DNA from: Guillardia theta CCMP2712
Taxonomy: Eukaryota; Protista; Cryptophyta
Length of the DNA stretch: 64,000 bases
Reading direction: 5' to 3'
Assembly (NCBI RefSeq): GCF_000315625.1
Contig: NW_005434607.1
Span: 1 to 64,000, forward strand
Of the stretch, positions 21,794 through 35,119 are shown in pieces. A model generated the notes under the pieces. It was not told the DNA's origin. It did not search any database and saw nothing but the letters and a program-made list of their open reading frames with translations. Within the stretch, counting starts at the first letter, position 1. Every line of letters starts with the position of its first letter. The position numbers and the translations under genes were made by a program.

Positions 21794-24376
21794 TCACAAT
21801 CTATCCAAGTGTTCCATGATCCATTCTGAAATCTCGTTCTTCCGGCATTCCAATCTCCCTTCCTCAGCACCTAACCGTTTTTCTAGTTCTTGCCGGATCG
21901 ATCGTTTCGTCGCCTTTGAAAAATCTTCTATCGAATCAAAGATGTCCTTGAGGTGCTTTTTGATGGTTTTGTCATCAAACCCGCACTTTGCTTTGTTCCT
22001 CTCAGCTATCCATTTTGGATCACCAAACTTCGCTTTGCAATGTGTAGACCACTTCTTGCACTCTGACCAGTTGATGTCACATACCATACAGAAGCAATTT
22101 TTGCATGCATGCATCGCTTGCTTCGTATTGAACGGATGTCTGGGACACGATTCTCTCAAGTGAGGCAAATCATCAGTGAAATCACCCTCAGCCTGCAATA
22201 TGATAACATCTTCATCTTTGTCCTCAAGAGTGTCTTGGATGTGATGGGTTTCTTTCACTTTGTCGTCAGAATTTGCCGGTGTGCATGTGCTGAAGGAATC
22301 ATCCATAATGATGCAGTCATCGTCTTGAATCAACTCAACCATTTCGCTTTCCTCCTGATATTCGTCGAGTTGACCATGCACTGCATCAGCTACTTCTCCA
22401 TCTAATTGATTTTCTGGTTGGGCTTGTTGAAAATTTGGATTTGATTCGGGAGGTGTTGAGTTTGAGATCATGTCACGTTGGAACGATGACTCATTCGTGT
22501 CTGATTCCATTGCATTCTGGTCTTTCGAAAGAGTTTTGACCGATTCTGATTCATTCAGTCCAGCTGTTTGGCGTGCCATTGACTCTAGATCGTTCAAGTC
22601 ATTCCAATCTGTGTCCTCGATGTCCGAATCCGAAAAAGTTGGAGCTTGACGATTTAGGGCCTGATCATCTAAAACACGTCGTGTCACATCAGCCTTTGCA
22701 GTGACCGTGACTGAATTGCTCTTTGCAGTGTCTGAACCAGCAAGTGATGCTGTGCATATGGGTAAAACGTCTTTGTCTCCACTCTGTGCATTGGTGTGTG
22801 TTTCATCCCAATTATGACTTGAGGAGCAAGATTCATCTTCTTCATCAAATCGGTCTTTTGATTTCTCAGGATCATGATCCCTGCAGTAAGGACCAAACTT
22901 CAAATTCACAGTCGTGCCACATAAATGACCATCCCTGAATTGGTGTTAAAGAGCCAGTTTCAAAGATCACAAAGAACTTGCTTGTAGTGCTTGCATCGTG
23001 CAAAGTCTCGAGATCTGCCTAGAATCAGGAGTTGCCTGGAAATCTACTCAAACCTTTGGGCAAAAGTTATCAAAGCACCCCTAACCTCGAATTTTCCACC
23101 TTGACCTTAGGAACCGATGAGTCAGAATCTGAAGATTTTCTATAATTTTCAAGTCAAGTCTCATTCATTGATGGCAATGAGTCAAACACCGGCTGGAAGG
23201 GTCAGCTTCGAAGATCTTAGCATTTCTGATTAAGAGAACGGTTCCAACAGTCTGATTCAACACCAAAAGGATTAAAAAAAGGGTAGACTTCAAAACAGAA
23301 AATCACTTCTTTCCAATGTTTTTCGTAAGCATCTTGGAAGAGAAAAATCGTCTGATTTGATTCATGTCAAACAAGATGAGACATCACTATTCAATCCACG
23401 ACCAGATCATGCCCATTCAGGTCGCTCAGATTCCAGATCAAGTATTGTCCTTGCAGACAAGCTTTAAAAAAACTGAATATGGACAGGAAAGAATTACCTC
23501 CTATTTTAGACTTCAAGACGCGACTGCATGAAGTCATCACTCCTACGGTGAATTTATTCGCAAAGTTGCTGTCATCACTGACTTGAGAAACCAATGTTTT
23601 ACGTTCGTTCACAATACCTTAATGATCCAATACTCTTCAATGGAAAGTATTCGCTGAAATGAATTCAAATCAATTGTCTGGAGCATCGATTATTTTACAG
23701 CACGCCATACCCTCCCTTGCTTGTATCCATAAGTTCTTCATTTGAGATTCTCAAATTCTTAATCCGGAATCCACTGCAAAGATGTATCACATCGCGGCAG
23801 AGGTTTCACGGACATTTGACTAACCTGTGTGGACATGTGATGTCGCCTGTACTGACTGAAATTTCTTTATCGGGCTTCCTCTGTGTCGAGGACTTTACAG
23901 CGCTTGTGTTGGTAATATTCTTTGGGATGATCCGCACAGCCTGCAAAACAGTCGAAATCAAACGGAAGGGTATCTTTGCAGGTCAATACCTTGGGATGGT
24001 GGTTTACTTTGACAACATTTTCGATATTGTCTGAAACACATTTTCAATCATCATCCATCAAGCAGCCAGCAACCTTGTTGAAGAGATCGAAGTTTCTCAG
24101 AAAGAGAGGAATTAAAGGGAGTATCTGCCCATGAATCAGTTCCCTTGCCGCATTCAGTTCTGTTAGATGTCGAGCAACGCGTACCTGGATTTGACTGCTG
24201 AGGTATTTCTGTCCGCCCACCATCATCCTCAAGCTCATTCAACAAATTAGACATGAACTTGGCTTTTTTGAAATTTTTTAATGCATCATCATTGTCTGAT
24301 GACTTGGTCTTCAATCTTGCTCCTTCCATCGTCAATGTCTCGAGCAAACCCTGCTAATGCAATGCAATTTTTCATG
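21794..24376 (-). CDS. Nuclear-type protein with RIN13-like Cys/His domain and C-terminal DEK-C domain
   Basis: DLPHLRESCPRHPF...CKNCFCMVCD...ECKKWSTHCKA followed by DDKTIKKHLKDIFDSIEDFSKATKRSIRQELEKRLG...RKNEISEWIMEHL*. Upstream exons (22909-24376) are inferred and uncertain. Confidence 0.65.
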
Positions 24377-25754
24377 ACGAGCAGTGAACAAATATTTGAT
24401 CCACCACATCTTTTTGTTGAACCACATTCTATCTCTTCTATGCTTCAACAATCTGACGCCGGATGTATCTGCTACGCTGATCTTGACTCACATGTGCTCT
24501 TCCCCTCTCTCTGGCGCAGAAAGCCCCGTGAGCTCTCCAACTTCCGTTCCGTCACCTCTCTGCTTACCATACCTCCCCTAATCTTTCATTGTTCTCCCGG
24601 TTCATCTCGTCCAGGTGCTCGCTTTCTTCAGCCATTCATGTATCTTCGCATCTCACTCACGCTATATCTCAACGTCCACCTACTTTGCATACCCTCCCTC
24701 CTTTATTTCTCTCCTCTCTCCTTTCTGTCCTCTCTCCTCTCTCCTCTCTCCTCTCTCCTCTCTCCTCTCTCCTCTCTCCTCTCTTCTTCCAGTCCACCCG
24801 GAAGGGTCCCAAAGAGCATCTCAGCGGCAGAAGCGCGCCAAACTCACTGTATTACTCATCATCATGTATGGCTTGGTAATATTTCAGGCTTGCCTCAGAC
24901 ATTAGATTAGAAATTTTAAAAGACAGCGAATGATTTCCTTACAACCCAACTTCCATTCTTGGACATCGATGAAAAACTTGGAAATACTCGCTTCAATATT
25001 GAAAATCACAATAAGGATTTGAAATATCAACATTTTTACGGCACCAGTTATAATTAGCAAAATATAAAACGTTTTAAAAGCCGCCGCCCCCGGGTTTAAA
25101 ACCCATTGTATCTCAAAAACAATTTTAAAAGATCCAGTGTCGCAGAACCTGCCTCAGAGATTTGATAGGGAGGATTCTGAGGACAGCAGAGAGACAAGGG
25201 GATAAGATATCGCAAAGGCAGATGTATGCCGGATGCGATCGGGGATCTTTAGGAGCAGCGCCCCCTTGTTGATCAGCCGAAGGGATGGAGGGAGAGGAGA
25301 GGAGAGGAGAGGAGAGGAGAGGAGAGGAGAGGAGAGGAGAGGAGGAGGCCGTACTTGGCGATGAGCTCTGGAATCCATGGAGCTACAAGGAAAGCAGCTC
25401 CTGCTCACTAGAGGAAGGGGATATTGCGGTTTTGCTAGAACAAACTAGTGGGGAAATGATTGGAGGATGAGATTTTACTAGTTGCAGGCTGAGTACAAGA
25501 ATGAGGGCGTGGTACATCCTGTAATGAGTCTGTGGATGTTTTTCGATCATAGTTGTAGGGACTTTAGTTTGTCGAATTTCATAATGTGGGGCAAAACGGT
25601 TTTTGCATGAAGACTATGCAAACCGTTTTGTACGAGCATTCACGATGCTTTTCCAGATGACCAAGGAAAGTGAAAGATTCGAGTGTTTTGTTCCAAATAT
25701 GTTCCAGGGCTCTGAGTAAAGGTGCGAGGGCGAACAACGAGTGGTTGCGTCAAA

Positions 25755-28700
25755 ATGTCAGAGAAGGAGGAAGAAGTGGGACGGGAGGAAATCCCTCAAA
25801 CCGTTGACGCCCCTGATGAGCATACGGGGGGAAGTCGAAACCCAAGTCCAGGTACTTCACTTGTAGACAAACATTCTCCCTCTCCTGCCCTCTCCTGACT
25901 CCTCTCCTACCCAATCCCTTGCTTCAAAGACCCCATGACGTAGCTGCACTTTCTCCCAACCTGACACTTGTAACGTCCTCGGTCTTGTTTTGATGGCCCT
26001 AGTTGCAGACCTTGAACCTCAATCGCCGGATGTGACTAACGGAGGCGGCGAAGCAGACGAGACATCGTTCCTGGGCAGCATGTTCAGCTCCAGGAGGATA
26101 GCCTCGCTCAAGACTCTCTGCGAACTCGGTGGAGCAGGGGAGAATGCGGGCGAGGGCGACGCGGTACCGAGTGGGCTGATGACTTCTTGCTCCTTCGCCT
26201 CCTTCTTCTCAGCAGCGTCCAACATGGACGAAGGGAAGGACTGCGAGCAGGAGAGGGTGCAAGGCAGCAGAGAGGAGGACTCTGGTCCTATTGATGTGGG
26301 AGGAAAATCCTTGCAGGAGCAGGGCAATGTTGTTCTGCCCTCGCTTGTGAATCCCACGGCCATGGTCGGCAACTTAGGATGGTTCTGGAGGACCTTGGGC
26401 ACGAGCCTCTTCGGAGGAGCTGTGATGGAGAGGAAGCAAGTGGAGGAGATCCAGTCCGCGGCATCTTGTGGGACGATTGTGTACGTCGTCGAGGCCCACT
26501 CGTGGCTGCACCTGCTGTTCTGGAACTTTATCCTCATCCGGCATCGCCTTCCTCTCGCATCGCTCGCCGTCGGGCTGGTTGTCCTGCCCTACGTCTCCCT
26601 CATGTGGCCCGTGTGGCTCTTGTTTCACCTCCTGCAGCTCCTGGGGATGTCGCAGCAGCAGAGGAAGGAGTCACGAAAGTCCAAGGTCACGAGCCCCGTT
26701 TTGCACCCTCCCGCTGACTTGCTGGCAGGCTGTGCAGGCAGCTCGCAATGGGCAGCCGCTCATCTTCTCCGCAGGAGGAGGGAGGGGGGGGGAGGAGGCG
26801 TGCGAGCTTTTGGAGGACATCATCGTCCTCCAGAGGAATTCCTCCATGCCGTTGATCATCTGTCCGCTCATTGCGATCTGGAACCGAACGCCGCTCCCCT
26901 CCTCCGGACCTCATCGATCGAAGGGGTCGAGGGGGTTGGAGAGCCAGGAGGAGGCGACTGGCTTCCTGCAGTGCATCGTGAGCGGCGTGTTCGGGTCCAA
27001 GAGGCAGCCGAGCCCCTTGAGAGCGTTTGTGTCCTTGCTCCTCGACCTCCGCGATCACATGCAGGTGCTCCCTTGTTTGCTGCTGCTGCCGTTGCCGCTG
27101 CTTTCCCACCTCCTGCTCCTCCTGCTCCTGCTCGCTCCCCGTGAGCTGGTCTTAACGTGGAAACTCACTAGGTCGGGGGAGGGCTTCCGATCAACTTGAG
27201 CGAGTGGCTGCTGGACTATCGCGCTGCCTCCTCTCCAAAGTGATGCTCCGCCCTTGTGCCTCCTCGCCTCTGACCTCCTTGAACCCCTCAGCTCGAGCCT
27301 GTCAGATCGAGACCTGGCTGTCCTCTTGATAAACCAGGTCCTGCTGCTGCTGCTGCTGCTGCTCTCTGCTCTCTGCTCTCTGCTCTCTGCTCTCTGCTCT
27401 CTGCTCTCTGCTCTCTGCTCTCTGCTCTCTGCTCTCTGCTCTCTGCTCTCTGCTCTCTGCTCTCTGCTCTCTGCTCTCTGCTCCTGCTGCTGCTCCTGCT
27501 GCTGCTGCTGCTCTTGCGTTTAATGCTCCTCCTGGTGCTCCACATGATTCTTTGCTGACGTTGGAGCCCTGACTGTAGATATACCTTCGATTCGACAACC
27601 ATTGGCTGCAGGCATGATAAGTTTAGAGAAGAGGAAGGAGACAGGAGGAGTGAGGGAGAAAGAGAGGATAAATACGAGGAGGTGGGAGGCTGAAGGAAGG
27701 GAGTTGTTGAGGATTTTGGTAGAGGAGGGAGGCGGGGAGGAAGTAGTGAAGAGGGAGGAAGAGGAGGAGGAGGAGGAGGAGGAGGAGGAGGAGGAGGAGG
27801 AGGAAGAGGAAGAGGAGGAGGAGGAGGAGTCTTTGACCACGTTTTTTAGGTCACTGGCCCTGCTCGTCAGCTGAGGAGGGAAGCGAGGAAGGAGATCTTG
27901 TCGTCTGTGCGAGTGAAGGCAGCGATAGCAGCAGCGGCGGCTCAACAGGCTCAAGTAGGAGGAGGGAGGAATGGGCGAGAGGAGCTGATCGAGATCGATT
28001 AGGCCGTCAATGTGATCGAGAGGAGAGCGAGGAAAATCATCGACAGCATGGTTGCAGACAGGCGCCTCCTCATGGTCTCTTCTCCCCCCCCTCCCCCCCT
28101 GTGCTCGGTTGACCAGCCCGTGACAGGTCCGGACGATGTCCTGCTGCTTGCGAGGATTCTTCAATCTGATGTTTCATGCCGTCTACCTCGACGAGGAGGG
28201 ACTTTCAGCAGTCCAACGCGTCTCGATGGTCAGTGCAGAGACAGGAGCGCGGCAACGATGGCTAACGATGACGTTTCAACCTCGTGCTGCTCTCCCTCCT
28301 CGTCCCTGTCCTCATCCTTATGTTCGCCCTCCTGGTCATTACACTTTGTGTCGTTGTCCTCTTGAACTTCTTTCTCCCTCCTCCTCCTGGCTAATCTTCT
28401 TCCCTGCATTCTTGAACAGGAGAAGAACTGTCCTGTTATCTACGTGCCAACGTACCGAGGGGTTCTCGACTACTTGTTGTTGACTTACATTCTATTCACA
28501 AGGTAATGCTCTTCTCTGCTGATGAAAGCGCTTTCTTGTCTCTTGCTGCTGCTGCTGCTGCTTCCCCCCCCCCCCCATCCCGCTTCTTCTGGTGCTGCTG
28601 CTCGTACTCCTCCTACACGTTATGTTTCCTCTCTCTTCAAACTTCATCAAAACCTCCTCCATGGTCTCTTCATCTCGATCCTTTTGCTCTCCCCTCTGCT

Positions 28701-29025
28701 CTGTGTCGACCTGAGCCGCAAGCAGGGACATGGCAACGCCTGTGATTGCCTGCTCGGAGAGCTCGCATATGATCCTGAAGTTTCTCTTGAGGTGAGAGGA
28801 AGGAGGAAGCGGAAGTGGAAAGGAAGAGGAGATACAAGTTGAGAGAGAGGAGGAGGGAAGGGGAGGACGATGATCCATGTGTTGCTGATCAAGATTGCAG
28901 GCGTGTTGGCGGATTCTTCATGAGAAAGTCACTTGCAAGTGAAGACAACCTCTACAAGGAGATCTTTCGCGAGGTAAACTGCTCATACCCCCCTCTGCTG
29001 CTGGTGCTGCTGGTGCTGGTGCTGG

Positions 29026-29056
<31 letters not shown>

Positions 29057-32000
29057 GCTTCATTCCTTCTTCATTGTTGTCTCTGATTCAGACCATCCTC
29101 TCCTTACAAGGTCCTCTGATTTTCCTTCCGCCCTCCTGTCATGTACCTCCCCCTCTCTTAACCGCTTGACGTGTCTTGTGCAGTACATCTCCTTCCTGCT
29201 GGAAACAAGATCCAACCTTGAGGTCTTCATCCAAGGATCTCGACCCTACTCGTGAGATTGCGGCATCCTCTCTGCTCTCCTCTCCTCTCCTCTCCTCTCC
29301 TCTCCTCTCCTCTCGTTTTTTGTTCCTCTCCTCTCCTCTCTCCTCTTCTGTTTTCCTGATTGTCACTTCAGGGGAAAGAGCGGACAACCCAGGCAAGAGT
29401 TCTTGGGGAGTGGAGGAGTGGAGGGAGGATTGAAAGGGAACCGGGCAAGGAGAATGCAGGAAGCTCAGAGTAGCGATTTGAGAATTTGAGAGGAGATAGA
29501 AATTTCGAAGAAGAACAGCAGGGAAACATGAGAAAAGGAGGATGGAGAAGAGGAGAGCAGGTGAGGGGAGAGGACAGGACAGGACAGGACAGGACAGGAG
29601 AAGTGTGAAAGATGTTGCATCCATGAAAGTTCGTTATGATGGTACTTGCCAACAAGTGGGCAAGTCAACTGACGCCGGGGGCAGGATGGGGCTGGTGGGG
29701 GTTGCGGTGGAGGCGGTGATGAGTGGGAGAGTGAAGGATGTGGTAGTTGTTCCGATCTCCATCCAGGTCTCAACCTCTGCAGCCGCGGCAGCACCTGACA
29801 CTTGTTGCAGTACGATCGGGTCGTGGAGGGGAACAACTACGGGAAGCAGGTGGTCTCCCGATCACGACTCCCTTGCTCTCTCCCTGTCGCAGTCCTGCCC
29901 CTCCTCCTCTCTCGCCTCCGCCCTCCCTACTTCTCTCTCCCCATGGCTCTTCCTCGCTCTCGCTCTCTCTCCCCCTCGCTTTCCCTTCGCCTACTCTCCC
30001 GCACTTTCGATCTCTGTCATTCGCTTCCTTCACTTCCCTCCTCGCTTCTAACAACGTTGAAGATCTCAGGGGATCAGAAAGTCTCTCCTGCGCTTCCTGC
30101 CTTCCTTGCGTCTCACTGGTGACCTCGTTGCTCCACCTTTGTCCTCCATCAACACCATCACATCCTCTTCTTCTTTCTCCTACTCCTGTCGTTCTTGTTC
30201 TTGTTCTTGTTCTTGTTCTTGTTCTTGTTCTTGTTCTTGTTCTTGTTCTTGTTCTTGTTCTTGTTCTTGTTCTTGTTCTTGTTCTTGTTCTTGTTCTTGT
30301 TCTTGTTCTTGTTCTTGTTCTTGTTCTTGTTCTTGTCCTTGCTCTTGCTCGTGTTCGTGTTCTTGGTTTTGTTCTCCTCTCTTCTTCCCTCTCTTCTCTT
30401 CACTCCTTCATCTCGACCAACATCATCACCAACAGGAACATCCACATGGGTTTTGGAAACATCATCATCAACTTTGCAGAGCCGCTATCCGTTCGAGCAG
30501 GTGAGTTTTGAGAGCTTGCGACGTGCTCTGAGAGCAGGCAGGGTTGCAGCAGGGAATGCAGCCAGAGAGGAAGGCGGAGGGGCAGGAGGAGGAGAAGGAC
30601 GAGGCTCGCCGGTCAGGCTTCAATGTCGTTCGTACCGTTGCAACTTTAGTACATGAGGTGAGTGGGAGGAGGGAGGGGAAGGAGGGAGGGGAAGGAGGGA
30701 GGGGAAGGAGGGGGAGGGGGAGGAGGGAGAGGGAGGGGAAGGAGGGAGGGGGAGAGGGAGGGGGAGGGAAGGGGAGAGGGAGGGGAGGGGAGAGGGAGGG
30801 GAGTGGGGTGGTCATAGTTGCCAAAGGATCACTAGGATCAGTTTGAGTTGAGATGCAGGTTACTTGGATGGTAAATCAGAGAACAGTGATAATCCCAACA
30901 TCGCTTGTCGCTACGGTGACCTGCATCTCATATCCTCGTCCTCTACGTTCTCTTTCATCTTGGTTCCTGTTCCTGCTCCTCACTCGCATCCTCGTCCCCT
31001 TCCTCGTCCTTCTCCTCCTCTCTCGCATTATCTGCCTTCTCCTCCTCCTCTTCCTTCTCCGCCTTCTCCTCCTCCTCTCTGCTGCTGCTGCTGCTCTCTG
31101 CTGCCGCTCTCTGCTGCTGCTGCTGCTGCTGCTGCTCCCTGCTGCTGCTGCTGCTCCCTGCTGCTGCTGCTGCTCTCTGCTCCTGCTGCTCCTGCTGCTC
31201 GTGATCTTACTTTAATCTCTCACTTGTCTCTCCTCAGGTTCTTCTCACAAACTCCTGCCGGGGCATTTCGCTCTCCGATCTCGTCGAGAACGTGCAGGTT
31301 GACCCTCATCCCGCCCGCGGCTGCTCTGACGTGCCCGACCTCCATCGCCAGTGGTTGAAGATCGAGATCATGGCGCGAGGAGGACTCGTTGCTCCCATGC
31401 AGGAGATGGTGAGGGGTAGGAGTAGGAGAGCAGGAGAGCAGGAGAAGAGCAGGAGGAGGAGGAGCAGGAGCAGGGGGGAAGGGGGAGCAGCAGGAGGAAA
31501 ACGGAGAAAGGGAAGGAAACGTTTCTGACTTTCACCTGCCTTAGGCGCGAGCTGTTGGCAACAGTGTGAAGAGAATTTCCAACTTTGTCAAGATCCCCAC
31601 GCCTGAAAAGGTACCTGACGCAACCAGCTCCTCTAACCCTCCTCTCCTCTGCTCTCCTCCCTTCCCCTCCTCCTTCCTCTCCTCCTCCTTCCACTCCTCT
31701 CCTCTGTCTTCCCTCTTGTCATCCTTCTACTCCTCCTCTCTCGACCCTCTTCTTTCCTCCCTCTCCTCCACTCACTTCTCATTCGACTCAGGCCGGAAGG
31801 AAAGTGCACTGGATCAGGACTGCGACGCTCTTGCGAGATGCCGAGGTTGCCCCTCTCTCCCTCGTCCTCGTCCTCGTCCTCGTCCTCAATTCTTCTTCTT
31901 CGCTTCATTGTTTTTCTTCTTGTCATGAGCGCTGGCAGATTCTCGCTGAGATCCTCAAGCTTGAGTTCACCTACTCCCCCCGCGAATCAAAGGTCTGCAA

Positions 32001-34281
32001 GCTCCTCCTCCTCCTCCTCCTCCTCCTCCTCCTCCTCCTCCCTACTTTTCCTCCTCTTCTTCTTCCTCCTCCTCGTCTGTCTCTCCCAGTACCTCTACCT
32101 CCTCCCTCCTCTACCTCCTCTACCTCTGCTTCTTTCCCCCCAATATTGACACTTTCGAAGGATCGATTTCAAGATGCTATTGCACGATTGGCAGCACGAG
32201 GTACCTCCTCCTCCCCTTCCTCCTCCCCTTCCTCTTCCTCTTCCACCACCACTACCACCTCCTCCTCCCTTTCCTCCTCCCCCCCTTCCTCTTCCTCCTC
32301 CTCCACCACCTCCTCCACCTCCTCTTCCTCTCAGACTTGTTCCTCCTCCACTGTCTGGCAGATTGATTGCAACTCAGGGACTGTTCTTCCTCTCTATGAC
32401 GACGGATACGGTGAAAGAGTGCAAATTCTCACCACGAGACAGGTCATGGCCAATTCTGAATTCATCTCTCCTCCTCCTCCTCCTCCTCCTCCTCCTCCGC
32501 TCCTCCTCCTCTTCCTCACCTGAAACGCTGCAAAGTCGTCACGTTCCCCTCCTCCTCACCCTCCTCCACCCTATTGTTTCAACAATCGCCTCCTCCCTCA
32601 CTCCTTCTCCTGCTTATCCTTGAGACAGGCTCGGAGGATGATCGGCCTTCTTCGCGGCATGCTGCTTCCGTTTCTTGACGCTTACTGGGTGGCAGCGCTC
32701 AGGTGAGGAGGAGGAGGAGGAGGAGGAGGAGGAGGNNNNNNNNNNNNNNNNNNNNNNNNNNNNNNNNNNNNNNNNNNNNNNNNNNNNNNNNNNNNNNNNN
32801 NNNNNNNNNNNNNNNNNNNNNNNNNNNNNNNNNNNNNNNNNNNNNNNNNNNNNNNNNNNNNNNNNNNNNNNNNNNNNNNNNNNNNNNNNNNNNNNNNNNN
32901 NNNNNNNNNNNNNNNNNNNNNNNNNNNNNNNNNNNNNNNNNNNNNNNNNNNNNNNNNNNNNNNNNNNNNNNNNNNNNNNNNNNNNNNNNNNNNNNNNNNN
33001 NNNNNNNNNNNNNNNNNNNNNNNNNNNNNNNNNNNNNNNNNNNNNNNNNNNNNNNNNNNNNNNNNNNNNNNNNNNNNNNNNNNNNNNNNNNNNNNNNNNN
33101 NNNNNNNNNNNNNNNNNNNNNNNNNNNNNNNNNNNNNNNNNNNNNNNNNNNNNNNNNNNNNNNNNNNNNNNNNNNNNNNNNNNNNNNNNNNNNNNNNNNN
33201 NNNNNNNNNNNNNNNNNNNNNNNNNNNNNNNNNNNNNNNNNNNNNNNNNNNNNNNNNNNNNNNNNNNNNNNNNNNNNNNNNNNNNNNNNNNNNNNNNNNN
33301 NNNNNNNNNNNNNNNNNGGGGGAGGAGGAGGAGGAGAAGCGATCCCATCTCACTCGCGCAGCCTTCTCCCTCTACAGACTGAAGCGAAAGGAGGCGTGCT
33401 TCTTTCCTCCCACCTCAAGGTTCACTGCTGTGCCCTTCACATGCTTTGAACATGCTGCTCCTCCTCTTTCTCCTCCTCCTCCTCCTCCTCCTACTCCTCA
33501 TCTCCCTGCAGCGGATGCAGAAGATCGCACAGACCATGTACCTCGAAAACAAGGTCCGTGACCTCCTGCGTCTCCACCTTCCGACCCCCTCGTTCAGGTT
33601 CACAGCAGTGAAGCCTCGTCCTCCGTCAGCTTGATCAACGCTGTCACTATGCTTGAGGTTACCCTCCTCCCTCTCTCCTTCCTCCTCCCCCTCGGTTTTC
33701 TCCTCCTTTTCCTCCTCTTCTTCTCTCCCCTTGTTACCTCCTCCTTCCCTTCGTCCTCTCACTCCCCTTGTTATCTTCTCCTCACCTTCTTCCTCTCTCC
33801 TCCTCTCCCCCACCCTTCTACTCTCTTTTGTGGCTCTTGCTTGGCTCATCCGCCGTAGGCCAACCGGCTCATCGCCAGGAGCGCCATCGAGCAAGGCGTC
33901 CTCATTCGGTCTGACGTTCCTCTTCCTCCTCCTGCTGACCTCAACCATTACCAGGGTCAACGACACACGAGACCGCCCGACAGGTGAGAGGAGGGAGGAG
34001 GGGAGGAGAGAGGGAGGGGAGAGGGAAGGCAGGGGAGGGGAGAGGAGTTGTAGGAGGGGAGAGAAGAGAGATGAGGGGGGATGGGAGAGGATCAGGGATG
34101 TGAAGCTACGATGTGGAGCAGGCGAGGCTCTCTTTCGGTCCTTGGTCGATGCGATCAAGCAGATCGACGCGAGGAGGAGGATAGCAGGTCTTGCTCCTGG
34201 CCTCCTCCTCTCCCTCTACTCACCATCTACCTAGCGACCTTGCGTATGGGACCGCTGCAGCACGAGCCCAGCATCACCTGA
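25755..34281 (+). CDS. Glycerol-3-phosphate/DHAP acyltransferase family (PlsB/GPAT1-like), catalytic motifs degenerate
   Basis: Small exons encode CPVIYVPTYRGVLDYLLLTYIL (motif I), GGFFMRK (II), LEVFIQGSRPYSGK (III), DVVVVPISIQ/YDRVVE (IV), FGNIIINFAEPLSV, TVIIPTSLVAT, LAEILKLEF, MLLPFLDAYW, IAQTMYLE. Ends approximate; gap 32736-33317 inside. Confidence 0.85.
27362..27482. repeat. (CTCTGCT)n heptamer repeat, intronic
   Basis: Direct reading. Confidence 0.9.
30191..30335. repeat. (GTTCTT)n hexamer microsatellite, intronic
   Basis: Direct reading. Confidence 0.95.
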
Positions 34282-34630
34282 AGACGCGAGGAGCAGCTCC
34301 CTCCCTCTCTCCCTCCCCTTCCTTCCCCTCCCTCTCCCTTCCCTCGTCCTCTCCTCTCATCCAAGGCTCAGGGTTTGTAAGATATCTCCTGCTCTTAAAT
34401 ATTAACCGCAAAGTTGGTCGCGAATAATCGAGCTCTTTCGTTTCATTGCGGTCCCTGCTGCATTTCCTCGTCATGATTTTCTTCGCTACCTCCTCCCCCT
34501 CCTCCTCTTCCTGCTCCCTCTCTCTTCGTTCCTCCATCCCCCCCCCACCCCCTTGCTTCTTCACTCATCCCTGGAATTGAAAGGTGACATCCCATCCATT
34601 GATGTATGGATCTAGATTTAAATCGGTCAC

Positions 34631-34752
34631 CTGATCCAACACAAAGTCTGCGAATTCTTCAGACTCCACAACTCTCTTTCCAGAAGCTTCATAGGCCATT
34701 CGTAGGAGGCGAAGTTTGGCTGTCATAACCTTCTCATAGTCCAGCGGCTCGC
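34631..34752 (-). pseudogene. Isolated exon resembling 4-alpha-glucanotransferase (GH77; DPE2/MalQ)
   Basis: Bounded by ctgac...ctccag acceptor and gtgacc donor; encodes EPLDYEKVMTAKLRLLRMAYEASGKRVVESEEFADFVLDQ, like the GH77 DYexV...K..LL...eF..F segment. The rest of the gene is not seen. Confidence 0.5.
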
Positions 34753-35119
34753 TGGAGGTATATATCAGTCAGGTAGTCATTCTAGTGTATGTAGAAATAC
34801 AGCAATGTCGATCCGCAACTCTCGTCCACAACTGTCTGATTGCTGCCCTCATTCATTGACTTGACGGTATCTTGTATTTCCCGCAAGACTGTAAAACGCA
34901 AGATTTTAAATGCATGTTCTCGGCGGCCAATAAATCATCACCATCCAAAGGAAGATCTGGCAAGCTCTGNNNNNNNNNNNNNNNNNNNNNNNNNNNNNNN
35001 NNNNNNNNNNNNNNNNNNNNNNNNNNNNNNNNNNNNNNNNNNNNNNNNNNNNNNNNNNNNNNNNNNNNNCCCCTTGCTCCGCTCCCCCCTCTCAGTCTCT
35101 TTGCTCCGCCTCCCCCCTC

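Noticed and set aside
32614-33449. Long ORFs of 220-250 aa
   Set aside because: Composed almost entirely of N.
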